A stretch of DNA of 64,000 nt. It comes from Candidatus Heimdallarchaeota archaeon. Its GTDB lineage: Archaea; Asgardarchaeota; Heimdallarchaeia; Heimdallarchaeales; Heimdallarchaeaceae. The DNA lies in assembly GCA_019057815.1 (NCBI GenBank), contig JAHLWR010000016.1:1-64000 (forward strand). Direction: 5' to 3'. Under the pieces are notes generated by a model, which saw nothing but the letters and a program-made list of their open reading frames with translations, did not search any database and had not been told where the DNA came from. Shown here piece after piece: positions 50,814-61,206 of the stretch (position 1 is the first letter of the stretch; every line of letters starts with the position of its first letter). The translations under genes and the position numbers were made by a program.

Positions 50814-53800
50814 ATGGTTCTTGTAGAGAGGAAGCAGTTTGAGAAAGCGTTAGAAGAATATCTAAATAATGTTATGAAAATACATGAACAAGAAACGTCT
50901 ACAGAACAATCCTACTATACAGCTCTCTCTAATTTTCTGAGTGATATATATAATGTCCCAAGGAAAAATATTTTAGTTAATCCTGTTGAGAAGTGGGGGA
51001 TGCCCGATTTCGTAATTTTAAATCAAGAACTAATAGTTGGATATATTGAAGCCAAAGCACCTACTATTAATCTTCTTCCTATTTTAGAGAGTGAGCAACT
51101 AAAGCGATACATAGATGCTTTTCCAAATGTTTGTCTAACTAACTTTACTGAATTTATTTTTATTCAACCTGGTGTTGATCCAAAAACTATCAAATTAGTT
51201 TCTAATATCCGTTTTACAAAAAAAGATTTGACTGATATTCCTAAAGCTGTTTTGTCACGTTTTCACATTTTACTTGAAGAATTTTTGCTATTTTCTTCCC
51301 CTCTAATAACAAATGTAGAAAAACTGACTAAAAGATTATCTAGGTTGACTTTTGTGATGAAGGAAATATTTATTTCTCATCATACTAAGGAGAAGGATAT
51401 ATTCACACATCAATCTATTGAGAACCTCTTTAATGGTTTTAAAACCTCATTAATTGAGAATATTTCACGAGTAGAATTCTGTGATATCTTAGCTCAAACT
51501 ATCTCCTATAGTTTATTATTAGCTGTTGCCCATCATAAGGTTGCTGATAAAAACAATACCACTCTAACACTTTCAACAGTATGGCAAGATATTCCAAAGA
51601 GTATACCAATTTTAGTAGAACTATATACCCAGTTCATGGTCAAGATGCCTAAAAATGTAGAATTGTGCTGCAATAGTATTATTCAATTACTAAACAAATG
51701 CGATTTTAACCTTATATTCGCTTTTTTTGACGAACACAAAGATGATCCAACAATCTATTTCTATGAAAACTTTCTAGCTTCTTATAATCCTTCTCTTAAA
51801 AAACTTAAAGGCGTATTTTACACTCCTACACCTATTGTAAGATATATGATAAGTTCAGTTGATGAAATACTTATAAATTTTTTCAATAAAAATAAAGGTT
51901 TGATGGATGATAGTGTTTATTTATTAGATCCTTGTGCAGGAACTGCAACATTTATTATTGAAGCAATTAAGCAAATATTTGGTAAACTAGCAAATGCTAG
52001 AAATTTGGGTCTCTTCAAGGGCATTGTAAAAGAACATATACTCAAACATTTTTTTGCGTTTGAAATAATGATTACTGCTTATGCAATAGGTCATTTTAAA
52101 CTTAGAAACTTTCTAAAGTCTCTACAATACCCACTAGAATCAAAAGATTTTTTTCAACTCTATCTTACAAATACCTTAGAAACAAAAGCTGAGGATGAAG
52201 GTTTAACAGGTTTTTTTGCACTCTCTGAAGAAGGAAGAAAAGCTAACATAATTAAAAAAACTACTCCAATTCTTACAATAGTAGGAAACCCGCCATATAA
52301 AATAGGTTCAACAAATAAAAGCTCGAGTATCAATAAATTAATGATAGACTATCGTCCCAAAAAGAAGAAACAAAGAGAAAATTTACAACCACTCTCGGAT
52401 GACTATATTAAATTTATAAGATTTGCACAATGGAAGATCGCAGAGAAAAACAATGAGGGCATTGTTGCGTTTATCACTAATAATAACTTCTTAAAGGGGC
52501 GTATCCATCGAAAAATGCGACACAGTCTATTGAAGTCATTTGACAAAATATTAATTCTAGACCTACATGGAGATGCAAGAGAAGAGAGACCCCCAAAAAA
52601 CACTAAAAATGAGAGTGTGTTTGGGATACAAACAGGTGTATGTATATTCTTTCTAATTAAGCTCAAAAATAGTAATAAAGATAATGAGGAGTTAGCTGAA
52701 GTATATTACAGTGAAGTTTGGGGCTCTGCGAAGGAGAAACTGAGTCTATTAGGAAAGAATGATATCATTAAAATGCTTAATGATAAGAAATTGAAGAGAA
52801 TTCACCCTTATAATCCATATTTTTTTCTATTTCCTTATTATGTAAGCAAACAAATGCAACAATTTTGGGATAGTTTTTTTACCATTAGAGAGGATATTTT
52901 TCATGTTGCATCTATAGGTGTCCAAACAAGTAGAGATAAATTATCAATAGCTCTTGATGAAAAAACTCTATTCGATAGATTCACAGAAATTAGAAATTCA
53001 AATTTGTCAACTTCTGAAATAATTGCAAAAAATGAGTGGGGTCAATGGAAAGGTGATGATTGGACGGAAAATAGAATAAAATCTTATCTGACGGATTTAA
53101 GAAGAAAGGAGAAGAATGGGAAAGTACGACCTATCAATGATTACATTCGCAAAATACACTATCGTCCCTTCGATTTTCAATATGTTTTCTATATGGATGG
53201 ATTTGTTCAAATTACATGTAGAGAGAGAGCTGAACATCTAAAAGGGAATAGTTCTGGTGAAATAGCACTTATTATTGGAAGGTCAGGTAGACCGAGTAAA
53301 TATTCTTGGGATATGGTAATTATGACATCTGAGATGCCCGATCAAGTTCTTGTTACATATCGTGGTTCTTCGATTCTCTGCCCTATGAATTATAAAAAGA
53401 GTACAGACACAAAAACTCTGTCCAGTAACATAAGAACACCTTTCTTATTAAATTTAAAAAATCATTATCTGAGAGAAAATAGTGTTTCTCACATTGATAA
53501 TGCTGAATTTCCAAGAAATGTAATGTATTATCTATATGGTATCCTTTATTCTATGGTATATAGAAAAAAATGGGAAGAATTTTTAAAATATGATATGCCT
53601 AGATTTCCCTTCCCGAAGAATTATCACCTTTTCTCATCAATGTCAGAAAAGGGTGAATTATTGGCAAAAATGCACATGTTTTACACCGATCTGTTATCAG
53701 ATACTATGCTAGACGAAATAAAATTTCCAGTTCAAGGAATAAACGTCATTACGAAAATACGATATGTTAAGGAAAAAGAACAATTGTGGATTAACAAAGA

Positions 53801-54053
53801 ACAATATTTCACTGGTGTATCTGAAAGAATTTGGAATTATCGTATTGGAGGATATCAAGTTCTAAAACAATGGTTAAATAGGAGAATTAATAGAGAGTTA
53901 GTGACTCAAGATATCAAACACCTTAGAATGATGATTTATATTATTAATCAAACAATCAAATCTAGTGTAGAACTCGATAATATCTATTTAGAAATTGAAA
54001 AAGACTCTATTTCCTCCAAAATATTCAGAACAAACATGGATTATTATATTTAG
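50814..54053 (+). CDS. fused restriction-modification enzyme (type IIG with type ISP-like C-terminal specificity domain, no helicase)
   Basis: PDF...GYIEAK nuclease; GVFYTP, LDPCAGTATF, GNPPY; YRPFD, IGGYQVLKQWL. Confidence 0.88.
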   Translation: MVLVERKQFEKALEEYLNNVMKIHEQETSTEQSYYTALSNFLSDIYNVPRKNILVNPVEKWGMPDFVILNQELIVGYIEAKAPTINLLPILESEQLKRYIDAFPNVCLTNFTEFIFIQPGVDPKTIKLVSNIRFTKKDLTDIPKAVLSRFHILLEEFLLFSSPLITNVEKLTKRLSRLTFVMKEIFISHHTKEKDIFTHQSIENLFNGFKTSLIENISRVEFCDILAQTISYSLLLAVAHHKVADKNNTTLTLSTVWQDIPKSIPILVELYTQFMVKMPKNVELCCNSIIQLLNKCDFNLIFAFFDEHKDDPTIYFYENFLASYNPSLKKLKGVFYTPTPIVRYMISSVDEILINFFNKNKGLMDDSVYLLDPCAGTATFIIEAIKQIFGKLANARNLGLFKGIVKEHILKHFFAFEIMITAYAIGHFKLRNFLKSLQYPLESKDFFQLYLTNTLETKAEDEGLTGFFALSEEGRKANIIKKTTPILTIVGNPPYKIGSTNKSSSINKLMIDYRPKKKKQRENLQPLSDDYIKFIRFAQWKIAEKNNEGIVAFITNNNFLKGRIHRKMRHSLLKSFDKILILDLHGDAREERPPKNTKNESVFGIQTGVCIFFLIKLKNSNKDNEELAEVYYSEVWGSAKEKLSLLGKNDIIKMLNDKKLKRIHPYNPYFFLFPYYVSKQMQQFWDSFFTIREDIFHVASIGVQTSRDKLSIALDEKTLFDRFTEIRNSNLSTSEIIAKNEWGQWKGDDWTENRIKSYLTDLRRKEKNGKVRPINDYIRKIHYRPFDFQYVFYMDGFVQITCRERAEHLKGNSSGEIALIIGRSGRPSKYSWDMVIMTSEMPDQVLVTYRGSSILCPMNYKKSTDTKTLSSNIRTPFLLNLKNHYLRENSVSHIDNAEFPRNVMYYLYGILYSMVYRKKWEEFLKYDMPRFPFPKNYHLFSSMSEKGELLAKMHMFYTDLLSDTMLDEIKFPVQGINVITKIRYVKEKEQLWINKEQYFTGVSERIWNYRIGGYQVLKQWLNRRINRELVTQDIKHLRMMIYIINQTIKSSVELDNIYLEIEKDSISSKIFRTNMDYYI

Positions 54054-54236
54054 AATAATGTCAAGAAAAACAACAAATAATGTGCTACAACATTTAGAGT
54101 ATATAACTATCAAAACACATTATTTTTTCTTTCTTTTCCTATAATTTGTTTTACTTTATGAATAGGCTATGACTACGATAACTCGTTCTTCCTCTCCTCT
54201 TGAAATATATTTAAATTTCTTTTATCTATTCACTAA

Positions 54237-54851
54237 TTGATGACAGAAGAAGAACGAGAAATATATTTTAAAAGTTCACTTAATAAAATTCCATATTCTT
54301 GGGAAAGGATGAAATGGATCAAGGAAACCGAAAGAAAAATAGATATTGAGAATGTAATTACCCGGGAGATAACAAGGTGTCTATACCATTCTGGAACACT
54401 AAGCTATGTTAATGGTAATTATTCGGCTTCGATTCTTTCTATTTCCTCTGCAATTGACTCTTTTTTATCCTCCATCATTTCAGCGACGGAATTTTCTGAA
54501 AGAACTTTGTTATCTGCAAGGATACAAAAAGCTAGAGAGGATAACAAAATTTCTTTAGATATCTCTAATGAGTTAGAGATTTTTAATGCAAAAATAAGAA
54601 ATCATCTTGTACATCCTAAAGGTCCATTTACACACTTTTTCCTTGGTGGTGAATTCGATAACAAGAAAGGTTCTTGGACTAAAACTTTCCAATTAGATGA
54701 TATAGCTATTGTTAAAGATAACACTATACATGCACTCAAGATGGATCCAAACACTAACGTGAAACATGTCTGTGAATACTCTATATTGTTATTTATGCGA
54801 ACTGTTCGAGATCATTTGAATTTAAAAAAATTATCTGATACACATGAATGA
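54237..54851 (+). CDS. HEPN/DUF4145-like protein
   Basis: Y..GNY.ASIL..SSAID, RNHLVH (Rx4H); start likely ATG 54240. Confidence 0.6.
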   Translation: MMTEEEREIYFKSSLNKIPYSWERMKWIKETERKIDIENVITREITRCLYHSGTLSYVNGNYSASILSISSAIDSFLSSIISATEFSERTLLSARIQKAREDNKISLDISNELEIFNAKIRNHLVHPKGPFTHFFLGGEFDNKKGSWTKTFQLDDIAIVKDNTIHALKMDPNTNVKHVCEYSILLFMRTVRDHLNLKKLSDTHE

Positions 54852-55137
54852 TAGAAACGGGGAATCAGTTGTCAATCTCTATTAAGTAATTTTAACTAAT
54901 TTTTATCTGATTCCTCTCCTTCCTCTAAAATCACAAGTGTAAAATCTCCGTTCTCATCTATCTTCTTTTTTTCTTATCAAATTATTCTTTTTGCAAAATC
55001 TTTTATTATTTTCTCTTAGGTAGCATATTCTTCATAATGATGTGAAAAAAGTTTCTAAAACAAGTATCTAAATATTATTAGTACAAAGAATAAAGCGAAA
55101 TGAAAAGATTATATAGTGCTGTAGTATATTTATTGTC

Positions 55138-55905
55138 ATGGATTGGATGGGATTAACTGCATTGGTTGTGTCTATAGTAGCTACTTCTGGGAGTCTTATA
55201 TTCATAATTTGGAAAATGAGAGTCGTAGGACCGAAACTTGAAATAAATGAAGTTATGATTATTCATCCATGGGATAATGATTCTAGTAAAATAAAATTAA
55301 AACTTCTGTTACAGAACTATGGGGACAGAATGGCTTATCTTCGTGTTCAGAGGCTATATTTAAGACATATGTTAGATGAAGAATATTATCGTATTTTAAT
55401 GAATGAGCGAAATGAAATTGTTCATACATATTCAGATTCAATAGGATTCCAAAGGCTTGTTGCCTTGTATAATACAGTAAACATTAATCAGAGAAAATTG
55501 TTTAAACAGCATAGTGAGCTATTACATAAGGCAGTGGAAAGAGGAGACATTTCTGAGAAAGACAAAATTGAGCTTAATTATCTCAAAAATAAACTTTCTG
55601 AAGAATTGGATGATTTAGAAAAAATTAGAGAAACTATTAGAATTCATGCAAATTTAAACAGATTCTTAAACATATCTGATGAGTATAAAACTGAAACAAC
55701 AGAATTTATTTGGGCATCACATCCCCAAAGTCAAGAAGAAATGGATTTCATAATTAACATAGGTTTTTCTAAGTTTCAAATGAATGATTTTGATTTAGTT
55801 ATAGAAGGTTATTATTTCAACCATCGTGGAAAAAAGAAAAATCTAAAAACAATTAAAAATTTGAAGGAAATTGAGATTAAAGAAAATTCTAACCAAATTC
55901 TTTGA
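55138..55905 (+). CDS. hypothetical protein with N-terminal TM
   Basis: 255-aa ORF; hydrophobic residues 4-26. Confidence 0.65.
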   Translation: MDWMGLTALVVSIVATSGSLIFIIWKMRVVGPKLEINEVMIIHPWDNDSSKIKLKLLLQNYGDRMAYLRVQRLYLRHMLDEEYYRILMNERNEIVHTYSDSIGFQRLVALYNTVNINQRKLFKQHSELLHKAVERGDISEKDKIELNYLKNKLSEELDDLEKIRETIRIHANLNRFLNISDEYKTETTEFIWASHPQSQEEMDFIINIGFSKFQMNDFDLVIEGYYFNHRGKKKNLKTIKNLKEIEIKENSNQIL

Positions 55906-56203
55906 ACCAGTAGGTAATGAACTAGAACTCATTATTACCACCTTTTTAAATAAAATTTTTCATATTAGTTTACCTACACATCTCTTGTTCTACATCCCAC
56001 TGAAAGCAAACAAAAAAATGATGGTGATTATAGTGGATACAAACACACATACAAGAGTAAAAGAAGCAGTAATAATTTCTTCGACAATTTTTCTCGACTT
56101 ACTTCTTTCTCTTTTCCTAATCCTTTCCAATTCCGTATTAATCTCCTTCTTTCACTTCACTAACAAAACTAAGTCGTATTTTTTCCTCAACAAAAAGATT
56201 CTC

Positions 56204-57334
56204 TTATGAAATTATATGTTTGTTTCCTATATTTACGTTTTTCAGATGTTTTAAGGCGGTTTTCTGACAACTTTCAGCTAATTCTCTTGATGTAAATGGC
56301 AAGTCGTTAAACTCGTGTTGAGGGTGAAAACCTAATAATGAATATGGTATATTTTCATCTATTGAAGCTATGAAAGAGGCTATATTTTCTACTTCTTCTT
56401 CATCTATATAACCAGGTACAAGTAAAGTGGTTGCATTTAGAATGGGAATATTTTGACGTTTACCAAAATACTCCTTTCCTATCATCTCAAAATTTTCAAG
56501 AGTTCTTTTGTTAGATACACCGGTTAGAGCTTTGTGAATAGAAGGATTCCATGCTTTCAAATCAAATTTGATGTTACCTCCTGATTTAAGTGAATATTCT
56601 GCTGCTTTTTTCACAAGATTTGGATTACCTGATCCATTCCATTCCCAACATATTCGAGCGATTCTATTTTCATTTTCTGCAATTTGCAGAATTTCTTTGG
56701 AAATATTTAATGCAAAAGGAAAATGCGGTTCAGGTGAACCCCCAAAGAAACAGACACAGGATATTTTTTTATTATTTTTGTAAATACTGGAAAGTTCTGT
56801 CCTAGACACTTTACGTCCAGCTTTAACACTTTTATGATGGTAATTTTGACAAAATAAGCAGTCAAATGAGCAACCATAGAAGAAGACAGAGAGATTGTAA
56901 AATCCTCTTTCTTTTCCTTCCTTATATGCAAACTCCGGGAATCCACTTCCAGTCCCAGCTGGACAAAACCAAGCAGCACAGCAATTACAAGGCAAAGGAT
57001 CAAGGTAATATTCAAGAATCCCTGACTCTCTGGTTGCTAGAGAAACTAGTTTTTTGTTTTTTACATATCTTAAACCACAATAACTCGTCTCTAATTCATC
57101 CATCCCACATCGATGAAAACAATAAGAGCATTTTACTAAATCTGAATTGGGGGAGGATGCAGGGAGATTGAAACGTTGTCTAGAAATTTGGTGAGTTAAA
57201 GAAATTTGCTCCTCAACAACTGAGCTACCTTTTTTAACACAATCCTTGCAAATTTTAAGACTGTTTGATAGAATTTTTGGGCTTTTACAAATCTGACATT
57301 CCTTTGTTACCTCTGGTCTTTGGAAAAAGGTCAT
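56204..57334 (-). CDS. radical SAM protein (PFL-activating-enzyme-like/AmmeMemoRadiSam-like)
   Basis: CSFDCLFC, GGSPEP, WEWNG, KFDLK, TLLVPG; N-terminal Cys clusters. Confidence 0.88.
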   Translation of the reverse strand: MTFFQRPEVTKECQICKSPKILSNSLKICKDCVKKGSSVVEEQISLTHQISRQRFNLPASSPNSDLVKCSYCFHRCGMDELETSYCGLRYVKNKKLVSLATRESGILEYYLDPLPCNCCAAWFCPAGTGSGFPEFAYKEGKERGFYNLSVFFYGCSFDCLFCQNYHHKSVKAGRKVSRTELSSIYKNNKKISCVCFFGGSPEPHFPFALNISKEILQIAENENRIARICWEWNGSGNPNLVKKAAEYSLKSGGNIKFDLKAWNPSIHKALTGVSNKRTLENFEMIGKEYFGKRQNIPILNATTLLVPGYIDEEEVENIASFIASIDENIPYSLLGFHPQHEFNDLPFTSRELAESCQKTALKHLKNVNIGNKHIIS

Positions 57335-57411
57335 GAATATTTCAACCCATATTTTCTTTCTTCCTGATTCTTAGTAAAAATATTTATTTATATATTTGGT
57401 ATTTCAAATAT

Positions 57412-57813
57412 ATGGCATTCGATTGGACAGTATTTTTCACACTTCTTATTGCTACTGGTTTGTTTTATTTAGCCTCTGCAATAATGTGTGGTAGTATGTT
57501 CGGAAGAAAAGTTAAGAAATGGAGCTGGTTGAATCTTATAATGGCAGCTGCTTGTTCTTTAATATGGGTCTTTGGATTAAATATACCAGGAATTGGAAAC
57601 GCTGGTCAGGTTACATTTGGTATAATACTGTTTCTGGTGTGTTATTTTATCTGGACACTTGGAGCTGATATTTCAGAAAGAAGAGCTGTTTGGGCAACTG
57701 CAGCTACCTTAGTAATTTGGTTTGCTTTATGTTGGCTACTCATCATAATACTGCACTTGTTTGAAATTGACACATTTGACAGCCTTCCCACACTATTTAC
57801 GTTCTTCACATAA
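57412..57813 (+). CDS. 4-TM membrane protein
   Basis: four hydrophobic segments. Confidence 0.7.
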   Translation: MAFDWTVFFTLLIATGLFYLASAIMCGSMFGRKVKKWSWLNLIMAAACSLIWVFGLNIPGIGNAGQVTFGIILFLVCYFIWTLGADISERRAVWATAATLVIWFALCWLLIIILHLFEIDTFDSLPTLFTFFT

Positions 57814-57818
57814 GTGCT

Positions 57819-59267
57819 TTAGGTGAAAAAACTAACAAAGTTCTCCCAGTTCAAAGCATAATTCAACCTAAATCTCTTTTTTTTCTTTTCTAAAAATTTC
57901 TTTAGAAGCCCAGGATAGTTTTCGATTGTTTTATAAACAAAATATGCAGTAACCCTAAAATAAATGTGATTCATCTTGCATTCTATTGAATTTACATCTT
58001 TGAGCGCATTTCCCCCTTCTTTAACTTGCCAATCCAGACAAGGACCACCACAATAGTACTTAATTCCACATTTTGAGCAAGTTTCTATTTTATCAACATT
58101 CTCCTGCACAGATTTCCTTGAGATATTTTCTAGATTAGATTCTTGAATAGAGCCGAGTTTAAAATCTTCGATTCCTATCAATCCAGAGCAAGGATAGTAA
58201 TTTCCATTCCAGTCAATTGCCACAGCTGTTCTTCCAGCAGGGCACCTAGTGAGATGTTTTTCTCTTGTTAAGATTTTTTCTAAATATCTACCAAAATAGT
58301 CTGAAGATCCCAAACTCTCAAGAAATTCCAGTAAATTTTTCTCAGCTAATTCTAATAATGTCAGTATAAGCTTTGACAACTCTTTTTCAACTAAATTAAG
58401 ATTGTCTTGAGTCCAAGGATATTTTGCATCTTTTGGTATTCGAACAGGTCTTAAGGAACTTAAATCAAAATGTTTCAAGCATTCAACATATATACTATAG
58501 TAATCTTTAGTTTCTGAGTTTATAGGAATATAACAATGTTTAACCACTGAATCATCAAGAAGTTCTAAATTCTTAACAACTTTCTTGTTTTTAATGAGAT
58601 TTTCATAATCCAATGAAACTGTGAGATATCCATAAGAATTCATAAAATCTATAAAGTCTGCTGTTGGTTGAAGAAGGTTAGTAGAAGAAGGAAAAAAGGA
58701 TATTTGGATATTTTTCTCTTTTTGAATATTTTCAATGAATGTGTTAACTTCCAGAAATTGATCAAAATTGAGAGTAATTTCACTAGTATAACCATAAGAA
58801 AAGCAGATCTGTTTATCACAACCAAGTTTAATATTAGCTTCTACTACTTTTTCAATTAATCCTTTGATTTGATCAGTTGAAAGTTCCCTTGAATTGTTTT
58901 TTCTAAGATGGTTAACATAGCAATACCAACAATCAGAGTTACAAGTGGTTGAGGGATTGATCACTATACAATCGATAAGAGCTGATTTATTATTATTCAA
59001 GTGTGGTTCTTGTTTTTTTTTCACAAAAAAATTGAATTTTTGTAAATATCTGATTCTGTTTTTTATCCCCTGGTGATAGATATTATTGTACTCTTTGATC
59101 AGATTTTCAAAACTAATAATACTGGAAATATTTTCTGAAGAATCTTCTGAGATAGTGTAATTCTTTTCTAAGAACCAAAACATCTGTGAAAAAGAATCTA
59201 ATAAGAAATCAGTATCTCTGAATTTAAAAAAAAATACTTCGTCACTCTTAGTCATTTTTCTCAGCAT
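57819..59267 (-). CDS. radical SAM/SPASM domain protein
   Basis: CNSDCWYC; CPAG...GNYYPC...CSKC...YCGGPC...C. Confidence 0.9.
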   Translation of the reverse strand: MLRKMTKSDEVFFFKFRDTDFLLDSFSQMFWFLEKNYTISEDSSENISSIISFENLIKEYNNIYHQGIKNRIRYLQKFNFFVKKKQEPHLNNNKSALIDCIVINPSTTCNSDCWYCYVNHLRKNNSRELSTDQIKGLIEKVVEANIKLGCDKQICFSYGYTSEITLNFDQFLEVNTFIENIQKEKNIQISFFPSSTNLLQPTADFIDFMNSYGYLTVSLDYENLIKNKKVVKNLELLDDSVVKHCYIPINSETKDYYSIYVECLKHFDLSSLRPVRIPKDAKYPWTQDNLNLVEKELSKLILTLLELAEKNLLEFLESLGSSDYFGRYLEKILTREKHLTRCPAGRTAVAIDWNGNYYPCSGLIGIEDFKLGSIQESNLENISRKSVQENVDKIETCSKCGIKYYCGGPCLDWQVKEGGNALKDVNSIECKMNHIYFRVTAYFVYKTIENYPGLLKKFLEKKKKRFRLNYALNWENFVSFFT

Positions 59268-59443
59268 ACTGATTCTGTCTCTTCTCTGTTTTCATCACTT
59301 TGTAACACAGAAGCTATTTTACTCAACGCATCATCTTTATTGAGAAATCTACCAATAATTTTCTCATCAGATATTTTTTTTACAATCCACCAGTCATTTT
59401 CAAAATAAATTTCAAAATCGCCACATATTTCTCTTTCGCTCAT
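59261..59443 (-). CDS. small protein (DUF2188-like pattern), coupled to the rSAM/SPASM gene
   Basis: 60-aa ORF with ATG start; W.VK...F..K.DA pattern; overlaps the next start. Confidence 0.6.
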   Translation of the reverse strand: MSEREICGDFEIYFENDWWIVKKISDEKIIGRFLNKDDALSKIASVLQSDENREETESVC

Positions 59444-59540
59444 TTCTTTCTGAAGTTTTATTCATAATAGCATATTTAATTATTTCCAGTGAACTCAACA
59501 CAATAGTCTTAAATATCCACAGAATTTAGGGTTTAAGAAG

Positions 59541-60062
59541 ATGATAAGTAGAAATTACAAAATCTGTTTAGTTGGAGATCCAGGCGTTGGGAAAACGTCT
59601 TTAGCTCTCAGACAAGCTCATGGTACATTTCCTACTTCACATCACCCTACTCTGGGAATTAATTTTGTTATTTGGAACACTATTAAAGATAACATCAGAA
59701 TCAAATTAATAATCGCAGATTCAGGTTCTCAAGAACGCTTTTTATCTGTTTTACCCACTTATTTCAAAAACTCACTTGCAGCTGCAGTAATTTATGATAT
59801 TTCAAAAAAAGAGACTTTTATAAATTTGGATAATTGGATTAAAATTTTAAGTGAAAGTGTTAGCCAAATACCCTTTATTTTGATAGGTAACAAAAGTGAC
59901 AAGAAATCAAAAAGAGAAGTTACGCCAGAGGAAGGAAAAAGATTTGCAGAGAAACACAAAACTGAGTATTTTGAAGTCTCAGCAAAGGAAAAGACCAATA
60001 TGCGAGAAATGTTCTCAACAATAATAGAAATTGTTATGGAGAGAGACAAATCATTGGAATGA
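59541..60062 (+). CDS. Rab-like small GTPase
   Basis: GDPGVGKTS, PTLG, DSGSQERF, GNKSD, EVSAK; no C-terminal Cys. Confidence 0.93.
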   Translation: MISRNYKICLVGDPGVGKTSLALRQAHGTFPTSHHPTLGINFVIWNTIKDNIRIKLIIADSGSQERFLSVLPTYFKNSLAAAVIYDISKKETFINLDNWIKILSESVSQIPFILIGNKSDKKSKREVTPEEGKRFAEKHKTEYFEVSAKEKTNMREMFSTIIEIVMERDKSLE

Positions 60063-60117
60063 TTTTTTCTTCAATACAATGGAATAGCTTTTTATTTATT
60101 TTAAACTATTATAATGT

Positions 60118-61206
60118 GTGACAGATTCAAAGTCAAAGTACAACATAATTATCTTGAATATTGACTCATCGGAAGAACATTTACCGTTTAGAAGTATTTT
60201 CAACTGTGGAGAAGGAGAAGAAGTAACAGATTTAAGAGATGGTAAAGAACAAGACATTTCAGAGTATTTTGAGGATGAATATCTCCAATTAGAAGCAGTT
60301 AAGTATGCGAATTATGATAAAAATAACGAACTATTAAAACTATTTTTCTATCAATTCATAAGTAATCACAATTCTGTGTTTCTTTTGAATTTCTTTAGCA
60401 GTAATTATTCAGATTTATGTATAAATAAAACAAAAGAGGAGCTAGATTTTATTTGTAAATCTGTAAATGGTCTTTTCAAGCGTTTAGAAGACCAAAAATA
60501 CGAAAGGATTATAAGTAAAAATGATCAATTAGAAATTTTAAATGAGAATTTGAGCAAATTATGCAAATATTATCAGTGGCAACTTTTTGAAGAACAAAAT
60601 CTTAGGGGGAGTGATGAGAATGATGCTCCAACTCCTATGATTTCACAAGTTATCTTCCTAAATTGTACCTTAAAAGAAGATAATAGGAACCTAATACAAC
60701 TTGAGTTTAATGAAGTTTCCTTTGTTTATCCTGAAGTTTTAAACCATCCGACCTACAAAGGCATAATAATCCCATACAAGTGTCTAAAACAAATACAGAA
60801 GAGTTTCATGTCTAGTAACCTTTTTTCTACTGTGAAACTTGCTAATTTCTCTTTTTTTGAAGATTTAATTTCAGTTCCTGATACTGCATATTTTAAGTCA
60901 CCCGAAACTAGTGATAAGATTAAAATTGTCTTCGATTATCATTTCCATGGTGAAGATAGTTTACTTATCTCTGCATACTTTATTGATTCAAGAATTTCTG
61001 ATAGTTCATTACTTAATTCTCGTGAATTACCTCAGATTAGAAGAAATATATCAGCATATTTGGAAACAGATGGCGATTTAGAGAACGCAATAGTGAATTC
61101 AGCGTTTAGGAATTGGTACAAGGTTTTGAGAGTAAGAACTGAGGACATAGAAAAAGATCATGGTTTGGATCGAATAGTTGAAGACAAAAAGGTGGATAAC
61201 TTATGA
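60118..61206 (+). CDS. hypothetical protein, possibly tandem longin-like domains
   Basis: 362-aa ORF with a twice-repeated beta-beta-alpha-beta-beta-alpha pattern. Confidence 0.55.
   Translation: MTDSKSKYNIIILNIDSSEEHLPFRSIFNCGEGEEVTDLRDGKEQDISEYFEDEYLQLEAVKYANYDKNNELLKLFFYQFISNHNSVFLLNFFSSNYSDLCINKTKEELDFICKSVNGLFKRLEDQKYERIISKNDQLEILNENLSKLCKYYQWQLFEEQNLRGSDENDAPTPMISQVIFLNCTLKEDNRNLIQLEFNEVSFVYPEVLNHPTYKGIIIPYKCLKQIQKSFMSSNLFSTVKLANFSFFEDLISVPDTAYFKSPETSDKIKIVFDYHFHGEDSLLISAYFIDSRISDSSLLNSRELPQIRRNISAYLETDGDLENAIVNSAFRNWYKVLRVRTEDIEKDHGLDRIVEDKKVDNL

Noticed and set aside
55871-56209. 112-aa plus-strand ORF, and its mirror minus-strand frame encoding a short charged+TM peptide
   Set aside because: The plus ORF overlaps both neighbours; the minus frame has an upstream stop and no clear start; neither can be supported
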